Shown here in pieces: positions 14,513-23,303 of a stretch of DNA of 23,303 nucleotides. The stretch's first letter is position 1, and each line of letters starts with the position of its first letter. The notes under the pieces are model-generated. The model ran no database searches. It was not told the DNA's origin and worked only from the letters and a program-made list of their open reading frames with translations. The translations under genes and the position numbers were made by a program. This DNA comes from Salpingoeca rosetta. Its lineage: Eukaryota; Protista; Choanoflagellata. Location: the NCBI GenBank assembly GCA_033442325.1, contig JAWQFM010000023.1, positions 189,150-212,452 on the forward strand, given 5' to 3'.

Positions 14513-15040
14513 ATGTACGCGTGCGTACGTTGTGTGTTTTGTGTTTTGTGCAATGTGAGTGTGTTTTTTTGTGTCAAAGAGGAAAAGGGTAGGTGCAGAT
14601 GTCCACTGGACAGGAAAGCCAGTGTGCCGACGAGGAAGAGCAGCAGCAAAGGAAAACAAGGCAGCGTGGGGGTGGCAGCCGGGAAAACAAGACGAAGAAG
14701 AGCGACAATGAGGGCTGCTCGGGGATGCGTTGGTGTTTGATGGTGCCTAGAGTCGAGAGGTGTGGGTGCATGTATGCTTTTTTGGGATGCAGTGAGCTGG
14801 AAGGGAACCAGCCCACCGACCAGCCAAGAAAAAAACAACTGCACCACCGGTCATCGACATCCATGGGCGCAGCACCAGTCCTGTCCCCGTCAGCCGCGTA
14901 CATCGCCGTGATCGTGTGCGGTAACGTAACACTACCGCCAATCGCTTTGTCAAGCATCCACGTCGGCCACTCGTACTCACAGTGCGCCAAACCAACCATC
15001 CAGCCGCCAACCAAACCAAGCATGCGCGAGCACGCCCCGC

Positions 15041-16720
15041 TTAGATGGTGAGCAGGAGGACAACGTCTTCCTCGCGCATGGCAATCTCTGCGGGCTGCAG
15101 GCTGTGCCGCTCAAGGGCGAGGGCCAGGTCCTGGTTGCTGGCAATGGCGTTGCGGATGGTGTCGTTGGCAACCGCCATGATGCGGGCCGTGATGGCCTTC
15201 TTCACCGCAGGCAGGTCGCGGTACGACACGAGCGGCAGGTTCACCGCGTGCAGGTGGCCGGCAACGCGCAGGAAGCGGATCCTAAACGGCACCTGCGGCG
15301 CGCCAGCTTCCCCAGCACCGAGGCCACGCGCAGCTGACGACCCCGCCGCCAGAGAGGAAGAGGAGGAGGACGAGGACGAGGACACATCCATTGGCGCACT
15401 GCCCTGTTGATTTGCAGCTGTTGCTGGTGTTGGTGTTGTTGTTGTTGTTGTTGCTCCTGCTGTCGCTGATGGAGCAGCTGGCACTTCTTCAACGGCCGGC
15501 GCTGGCGGTGCACGCAACGATGATGACGACGACGACACCGGCAGCGCGCCCGACTTGTGCAGCGGTGACCCCGGCACGGGCGTCAGCGACACAGACCCGC
15601 GCTCCTGCTCCGGCTTGGGCTCCGGCTGTGGCTGTGACGATGAAGAAGCAGAGGTGGGCATTGTTGTCGGCATTGCCGCCGTCGTCGAAGTTGTTGCTGT
15701 TGTCATCATTGTGGGTGGCGCGGGAGTTGGCGGGTGCGTCGCAGCAGCGGTGACGGCGGCGTATGCGACCTGCTGGATCTCCGAGGTGGGGACGTAGCTC
15801 ATCACGCCGTTGCACACAACACGGCACCAATCTGAAGCAGCAAGAGAAGCACACGCGGCGCGTTTTGTGAGTTTTGAGTGTGACAGCATGGGGGTACCAT
15901 CACAATGAGCCGCACATTGCAAAGAACCACCCGACGCAAACAGCCAAACATCAAACATCAAGCTCTACAGCTCACACCAAGCACACCACACACACCAAAG
16001 ACAACCACGACCAAAACTAGTAGGACAGGTGCAGTGAGTCTGGACGGATTTCCCAATCACAGCAACAAAGCGAGACAAGAGGCGAAAACGCACCAATCTG
16101 GAGCCACAAATCAAGGAGCCGACAGACAGTTGGGTCCTTTGTACGCGCGGTCCACTCGGCCTCCATCTCCGCCCGGATGCGCACGCGCGTGGCCAGGTCC
16201 GTCGCCTGCGCAGGCTGACGCGCCTTTGTCTCGAACACAGGAATGACTGATTTTGTGAGATGCGTTTTGCGGCAGGCGTTGCACAGCATAAACTTGTGGC
16301 GCATGCCTACGGCATAGCGTTCCTCCAGCTCCTTGGTCTTCCAGCACCCAAGGCAGAAGCCTGGTGCCGCAAAAACGTGGGGCAAAATAGGGGAGGAAAG
16401 GCGGGCCACAAAACAAAACAAATCATGAGCGTGAGTAAGTGAACGATTGAGAGGTAGCGTTTTGGGGGAGGGGGTGGAGGTGGCGTTGCGCTCTCCAGTA
16501 AGAGTGCAAGGTGGGCGTGTTCAAGAGCAACAACAACAACAAGCATAACAACAACAAGAGCAACAACAACAACAAGCATAACAACAACAAGAGCAACAAC
16601 AACAACAACAACAACAAGCATAACAACAACAAGAGCAACAACAACAACAACAACAACAACAAGAGCAACAACAAGAGCAACAACAACAACAACAACAACA
16701 ACAAGAGCAACAACAAGAGC

Positions 16721-16779
<59 letters not shown>

Positions 16780-19150
16780 CGCCGACGAAATAAGGTCGTA
16801 CCTCGTGTGGACTGGCGCTTTTGCCCCCGTCGGGTGGTCTTGCCACTCCCAGGCGTGCCTGTGCTACTGCTGCTGCTGGCGGCGGCGGTGGCGGCGGCGG
16901 TGGCTGCTGCGCGGCCTGCGGTGCTGTGCTTCATCACAGACGATGGAGTGCCTGCAAAGGGGGCGGTGGCGGGCTTGGTGGCCGTGGATGGCTGTGTGGA
17001 TGAAGACTGCATCCCAGCAAGCATATGCGCCACATTCACTTCCTCAGACGAGTGCTGCATATTTTGTTGGTGGCTCTGCTGCTGCATATTTTGCTGCTGC
17101 TGCTGCTGCTGGTGCTGGTGGTGCTGTGGGGTGAGGTGCTGCTCGTGCTTGATTGGAACATGCATGCTCGGCCGGAACATGCTCGGTTGTTGCGGCGGCT
17201 GCTGCTGTTGCTGTACTTGCGGGAGGAACCGCGGGCGCATGCCGTACAAGCCTGGCATGTGCTGCTGGTGGTGCTGCTGCATGAAGGGCGACTGCTGGCT
17301 CCCCGGTGCATGCGGGATCAGGCCAACAGGCGCCTGCGCATGCGCGTGTGCGGACGGGTACATGGCAAATGCGGTGCGCTGCTGTGTCGGCGCAACCCGC
17401 GGCACAAACCCTTGTGGCGGCGTCTGCTTCTGTTGCAGCTGTTGCAGCTGCTGCTTCGCTGGTAGCTGGTGGCGCGGTGGTGCGGTGGGTGCGACAGGCG
17501 GCGCTCGTGCCGGTGCCTTGCGGCCACTTTCGCTCTCACTGTCACTATCGCTGCTACTGCTGCTATCACTGCTGCCGCTGCTGTCATCGCTTGATGCGGA
17601 TGATGAGGAAGATGACGAGGATGAGGAAGACGATGATGCGCGATGGCGAGTGTGGCTGTGGCTGCGGCTGCGATGGGACGCCTTGCTGCCGCCAACACGG
17701 CTGCTATGGCCGCGGATCTCTGCCTCGTCGTCATCGTCGTCCCCGACCTCGTCGTCGCTGCCACTGCGGCTGCGGCTGCGGCTGCCGTCGCCCTGCTTGC
17801 TGTCTGTGTCGCTCACGTAGGACGAGCTGCGCCTCTGTTGTCCGCGTTGTGGCTCCTCAGCGGCCTTGGCGCCCGTGCTGGTGCTGTTAGCGGTCACGTC
17901 CCCGCCTTCACCACCACCACCACCACCACCAGCAATGGCACCGGCAGAGACGCTGGCAGAGCGGCGTCTGTCGTGTTTGTGCTTCCTGTGCTTCTTGTTG
18001 GCCTTTTTCGTCTTCTTCTGCACCTTCTTTTTGCTCGCCTTGTCCTTGTCCTTGTGCTTGTGCTTGAGTGTGCCGGGCGCTGGGGTTGATTGGGACGGCA
18101 GCTCTGCCGCTGGCTGCTGCACGCCGCTGATGCCTGCGTGCGCGGTTACGCCCGGGCCCGTAACACCGGCCGACGGTTGTTGCGCAACGGTGCTCATCTG
18201 CATCTGTTGGCTGTGCCCCTTCTTCTTCCTGCTGGGGCTGCTGCTGTTGTCTGCGCTCTCGTGGTCGTGGTCGTCGTGGTCATGGTCGTGGTGGTGGTGG
18301 TGCCTGTGCCTGTGCTTGTGTCTGGATGAGGGGGAGGATGAGGCGTGGCGGTGGTGCTTTTTTGCGTGCTTGCGCTTGCGCTGCGGGGATTTCATGGCGG
18401 ATGGTGACGGGGCGGCTGGCGCACCTTCCGCTGCACCCACAGGCATGGAGGTGGTACCAGTGGTGGTGGGTGTGGTTGCCGGGGTGGCGGCGGCTGTGGT
18501 GGTTGCAGCGGCCATGGCAGAGGAAGAGGAGGATGCCATCTTGCCTTGATTTGCCGCCACAGGCTGTTGTTGCTGCTGGGAGGAGGGTGTGGCCGCTGGC
18601 ATGGCTGATGACGACATGGCGGAGGGCGTGGTGACAGGCACGGCCTCCGTGTCCGGCTCGAGCTTTGGCTTCTTCTGCTGGCCGGTGGTATCAGGGAAGG
18701 CGTCCGCGATAGAGCGCGTGTGCCGTATCCCCACATCCAAACACCGCTGGTACAAGCAGCCAAAGCAGTGGCGGACGCTGAGCAGGCCTTGGGATAGCAA
18801 GCACGCGGGCGGCGCGGCGTGCGTGCGGTAGGTGGGGTGATCAATTGCTGTCAGAAAAAACTTGATGCAGTAGGTGCACACGTATTCCTTCTCAGGTGCA
18901 CAGCTTTCCATTTCGCTGCGGTCATACTCCATAGCACATGCGCCACACCGTAACCTGACGGGCGGCGGGCCCTGCTGTTGTGGGTGCTGCGGGTGCTGCA
19001 TCCGCATGCCTGGCTGGTGTGACATGAGCTGGTGCTGCTGGTTGGTCTTAGGGGGACCTGAAAAGCTAGACGCGTGTCCGGACATGGCCTGGCACGTTGG
19101 TAGCGGCGGCGGCGGCGGTGCTGCTGCTACTGTTGTTTGGACCGCCGAGC
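15041..19150 (-). CDS. Uncharacterised multi-zinc-finger protein, probably nuclear (NR-DBD-like finger pair, GATA-like finger, C-terminal globular domain), ~1113-1158 aa
   Basis: Exons (minus) 19150 (or ATG 19085)-16802, 16360-16094, 15831-15041, joined by two phase-1 GT-AG introns that keep the frame. TAA at 15043-15041. Acceptor with a branch-like CTGAC at 19153-19151. Contains Cys-rich domains, K/H/R basic tracts, and S/D- and Q/P-rich regions. Confidence 0.85.
16272..16355 (-). other. GATA-like C4 zinc finger CX2CX20CX2C
   Basis: CLGC-WKTKELEERYAVGMRHKFML-CNAC. LCNAC is the GATA hallmark, but the TPxWR and following GL motifs are absent. Confidence 0.5.
16523..16780. repeat. (AAC)n compound microsatellite with AAGAGC/AAGCAT interruptions, intronic
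   Basis: ~258 bp inside intron 16361-16801. It explains the poly-N/L/V/C ORFs in the track. Confidence 0.95.
18726..18947 (-). other. Nuclear-receptor-DBD-like double zinc finger (74 aa)
   Basis: CGAC-x19-CTYCIKFF; 15 aa after CTYC comes H-x5-C-x11-CFGCLYQRCLDVGI. The canonical NR pattern is C-x2-C-x13-C-x2-C-x15-C-x5-C-x9-C-x2-C-x4-C-x3-GM. Confidence 0.6.
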
Positions 19151-21580
19151 CTGGTGTCAGAAGCAACCAGTCAAAACAAAGTCAGCGAGGCGGACACGAG
19201 GTCCAGGTGTTTTGGGGAGAGGTGGGTGGGTAGGGTGAGCGAGCAGCTGAGAGAGAGAGAGAGAGACTTGGAAACAAAACGGAGAATGGGAGGGGGGATG
19301 TGTGGAAGTGTGTGTGTGTGTGTGGGGGGGGCAGAGGTAGCCCCCGAAGAAGTGAAGAGAACAGGCAGAGGGAGAAAGGAAGTCGCTGGCGTTGTCGACA
19401 AAACACAAACAAACAAACACACAAAACAAAGGGGGTGGGATGGGAAAGTGTGGACAAGACAAGACTTCAGAAGTCACAAAGAAGACAAAGAAGAGGTCGG
19501 TCAGGTGCAAGGGTGACCAAGAGGGAGAAAACAAACCAAACAAGCGGAGCGCGAGAGCAATGGGTGGGTGGACAACACCCCTTGCAGAAACTCGACACAG
19601 TCGCTCACAAGACTGAAAGGAAGGGCACAAGAAGGTAAGGCGGCTGCTTGCTGGTGAGGGGGTTGGTGTTGCTGGTGGTGCGTGGTGCTGTGTTGTTCCT
19701 ACGGGGAAACAAAAGCTCAAGTTGCGGATGGGAGACGGGCTGCTTGTGTGCTGTGAGTGAGGGTGGGCTGGGTTTGCTGTGTGCGTGAAATGAAGAGGCG
19801 GAAACGGCCGGTTGCTGGTGGTGCGATCGATCGATCGATCTTGGAGACTCTCTCGACGATGACAAATGAGCAATAAAAGAGCCGGTATTGCGTGGTTGCC
19901 GAAGCGGATAAAGAACGCCAACACACACCCAACAAAGAAAACAAAGAAAGAAAGAAAGCATGTCATGTGACGAGACGGTGCAAGACACAAACCCACATGG
20001 GGGGGGAGGTGGATGGCCGGAAGCGAAAGACGGTGGATGCAACAGGGCGCAATTTCAAGGCAACGCCAGTGTTCTCAGAACAATGTGTTACAATACAAAC
20101 AACAACGGCCACGCGTGCATATGTGGTGGTTGGTTGCTGTGCGGCATTCGGAACCCCTTTGAAACGGAGGACGCAGCCGTGTGCGGAGAGAACGAAACAC
20201 ACAACCACAAGAATGTGCGTGCGCGCGCGTGTGTGTGTGGTGGTGGGTAGGTTGGACATTGCATTCCGCCACACCCAAGCAAGCTGGTTGTGTGTGTGCT
20301 TCTTGCCGCAAAGCCGGGTGCGGTTGCAGCAACGCAACACACACACACACACATGCACACACACACATGCACACATGCACCGTGCACGCCAATCAAAGAC
20401 ACAAGCGGCCGAACGCAGATGCAAGAGGAAGAAGAAGGTCAAGTGGGACGAAGGGTTTGGTTGGCTGGTTGGTGGGTGGCGTAGCCCGCCCAGAAAAGCC
20501 ACAAACGCACTCACACACGCACACACATACGCCGAAGGTTCTCGACAAGTATGTGAGAACAGAAGAGGCACGAAGGCCTGGAGGGAGAGACGCGGAGACA
20601 GAGAGAGACGTGGCAAGCAAGCGCGTGCCATATCTGGCAGGATGACATCAACGGCATGCATAGTTGCGTGTGTGTGTGTGTGTGTTTGGGCGTGTGTGTC
20701 GTGGTTGGCAGCCAGCCAGAAATAATTCAGAAAAAGGGGACAGTCGGAAGTGTCGAAGCACTTGGACTTGAAGAAAATTAAATAAAGACTTAGGGGAAAC
20801 ACCGGCTACGAGGCACCGAACACAAGGCGGCGTTGCGGGTGTTGGTGGCCAGTTGCTGATGGTGTGTTGGTGGTGTTGACCCACCAGCGACCACGCCTTG
20901 ATGGCTTGCATGCATGCAGCAGGCCAGCGGACGGGCAACACAACACACTCAAAAGCAAGCGCGACCACCACGCACGCGCACTCAAAACTTACAAGCAGAC
21001 ATCGGAGCAGGCAAGTCTTAAGCGCGTGATGGTGCGTGTGCGTGCGCGCGTGTGAACGGAGAGGGAACAAACCAACAAAGCCACTGGCTGGGTGCTTGAA
21101 GCAACAAACCAAGCACAAGCACAAGCAACAAAGCGTGACGTTTGTTGGTGGCTTGATGTGACATGACGTCACAACCAACGAAGGTCAGCAGCCACTGACG
21201 CGTGGCTTGGTCACAGGAGGAGGAGGAGAAGGGACAAACTGTGTTCGATCAAACACGCGATGCAACACACTGGACGCAAAAGAGGAGGGGAAGAAGACAA
21301 AGGGCGGAGAAGAGACGCATTGCTGCTCATCGTCTCTGCGAAGGAGCTCATCAGTGAGCTCCGGTGGTGTTGCTGATGGCGTGATAATTGCTGCTGGTGT
21401 GGCTGGGAGTTGCTGCTGCAGTTGGAGATATCACGAACAGAGGAGGGCGGGGGGGGGCAGAGGAAGGGGAGAAGAGGAGAGAAAGATGGAAAGAGGTACA
21501 GAGAGGGAAGGGGGAGGAGAGAGGGAGAGGAGCGAGGTTGTGGTAACAGGGAGGAGCGATCATTGCAACGCTGTACGTAC

Positions 21581-21650
21581 CGTGTGGCTGAGATGGCTTG
21601 TCAAAGTGAGACAAGCCTTGCATGTCTCGCCCTGCAAGCCGCATGTCCAT
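21581..21650 (-). CDS. Candidate first coding exon of the zinc-finger gene (MDMRLAGRDMQGLSHFDKPSQPH-G)
   Basis: ATG at 21650 and a phase-1 donor G|GTACGT at 21580, which matches the phase-1 acceptor at 19151. No homology support. Confidence 0.4.
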
Positions 21651-22838
21651 CCTAGAGAATGGCTCTGCACAATGAACTGATGGTGGTTCGACAAGCACCT
21701 CAACACTGGGTGTCGGTACTTTGTCCTCCTCGAGCAAAACACGCAACAAGGAACAGAAGAAGGGAACAGGCAATCAAACAAAACATGGGTGTGAGTGGTA
21801 GCAAAGGCTCTTCTTGTATGCGTGTGCGTGCGGCTGTTTGTCGATTGGCTCTGCAGGCTGGGTTGTTGGGGGATGGAGACGAGGAAAGTGAACGTGAAGA
21901 AGAAGAGGAACAAAGAAAGACCACGAGGAGTAGGGAGCGAAAAGTGAACGTGAAGCCGAGGTTACGGTCATGAACAACAAGCCTTTGTGTTATTGATGTG
22001 ACCTGCCAAGCAATGTAAACCAACGACCACAAGCAAGGACGAAGATGGAGAAAGGAGGAAAGAAGGAGGGAAGGTGTGCACACACACACATACACCGAAA
22101 TTGCTGTGACAATTAGTCACTGCGAATGTGGAACCTTCGCCTTCCACCTTTGTCAGTGCACACACCACGTGGTGGTGGTGGTGGTGGTGTTGCCCAACCA
22201 GTGGCGCAAGCTCACCTTTTCTTGTTCCGCGCCGAAATCCAAGACACAAAACCAGGCAAAGGAGACCACAAGCCGGAAAAAAGGCACTGGCTGCACTGGC
22301 GTGCGGGCGTGCGGGCGTGCGCGTGGTGGTGGTGGTGGTGTGGTGCTCAGGCCCTCTTTGTGTGCGTGTGTGTGGTGCGGTGTTCCAATGTTTGTGGCCA
22401 GCCAACCAGCAAGAAAGCCCACCACGCAGAAGTGCGGCGAGGGCAAAAGCCAGCAAGCAAAGCAGGAAAACCACAAGCAAGCAGCAAGGCGAGCGGGCGT
22501 GGGACAGGCACGGGCTTGTTTTCTTGGTCAATCAATCAGTGTGACGAAAGTTTATGTACATCTTTCAACAAACAGGGGAAGAAGCGAAAATTTTCTGACA
22601 AGCAAAAGCGGGACAAGCGAAGCCAAGCACAACCCAAGGTTGCCAGGCCTTTTCAACGGTAGTCACGCTGTTGTTGTGACGCGCTGTCAACGGTTATGGG
22701 TCGTGCACGAGCAAGCAACGCATGCAACATTCATGTGGGCGTGAGCGATGCAGTGGCGTGGTGGAGAGTGGTGGCGATGAAGGGGGTGGTGGCTGGAAGT
22801 GCTTGCGCAAGATGGTTGCCCGAGCATCCAGTGCGGCT

Positions 22839-22910
22839 TGTGTGTTTGGTGTGCGTGTTTTGTGTGTGTGCATGTGTGTGTTTTGTGTGTGTGTATGTGT
22901 GTGTGTGTGT

Positions 22911-22955
<45 letters not shown>

Positions 22956-22965
22956 TGTGTGTGTT
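22839..22965. repeat. (GT)n interrupted microsatellite
   Basis: Visible. Confidence 0.9.
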
Positions 22966-23257
22966 TGGACGACCTCTCAAGCGAGCGAGATAAATCTCTG
23001 ATGCACGTGTGGACGTGCTTGCAGTTTGTGTGCGATGTAAGGTGCTGACTCACAGTAAGTTTGATTGGAGGGCGGCGATGGTGTGCCCATCCGCCTCAGA
23101 GTGCATCGTTTGGCGCCTCACGTCGTCCCTGCAACAAAGTGATGGTTGTGGACAGGATGCGATCGATGATTGAGGGGTGCGACCAAGGGTGTTGAAAAAG
23201 CGGTTGAGCGCAATGGGCAACGGTCAAATGCGCCCTGTGTGCCGCACGTTCACAGCG

Positions 23258-23303
23258 TCTCTCTCTCTCTCTCTCTGTCTGTCTCTCTGTCTCTCTCTCT
23301 CTC
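23258..23303. repeat. (CT)n microsatellite at the window end
   Basis: Visible. Confidence 0.9.

Noticed and set aside
16307-17820. Poly-N, poly-L, poly-V and poly-C ORFs, including the Cys-rich end of ORF 16521..19166
   Set aside because: Translations of the intronic (AAC)n repeat or antisense of Q-rich coding sequence. The true frame leaves at the donor at 16801.
19157-23053. Numerous 60-280 aa ORFs in the terminal region
   Set aside because: Low-complexity, microsatellite-driven and overlapping on both strands, with no recognisable motifs.

Overview
Compact, intron-rich eukaryotic DNA with short GT-AG introns full of (CA)/(GT)/(CT) microsatellites and long low-complexity exons. The style resembles a choanoflagellate such as Salpingoeca (inference only). 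I reconstructed five spliced genes by hand, with reading frame and intron phase consistent at every junction: (1) the 3' part of a FANCJ/BRIP1-like helicase (+, <181-2484); (2) a ZC3H11A-like triple CCCH zinc-finger protein (-, 2951-7948); (3) a secreted S10 serine carboxypeptidase (-, 8302-11517); (4) an ALKBH4-like Fe/2OG dioxygenase (+, 11625-13573), head-to-head with gene 3 across 107 bp; (5) an unassigned ~1.1-kaa protein (-, 15041 to 19085 or 21650). Gene 5 is the most interesting. It has an N-terminal double zinc finger whose spacing and conserved residues closely follow the nuclear-receptor DNA-binding domain, a second GATA-like CX2CX20CNAC finger, and no recognisable ligand-binding domain. 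The last ~4 kb is essentially non-coding. Most ORFs in the supplied track are microsatellite or antisense artefacts.
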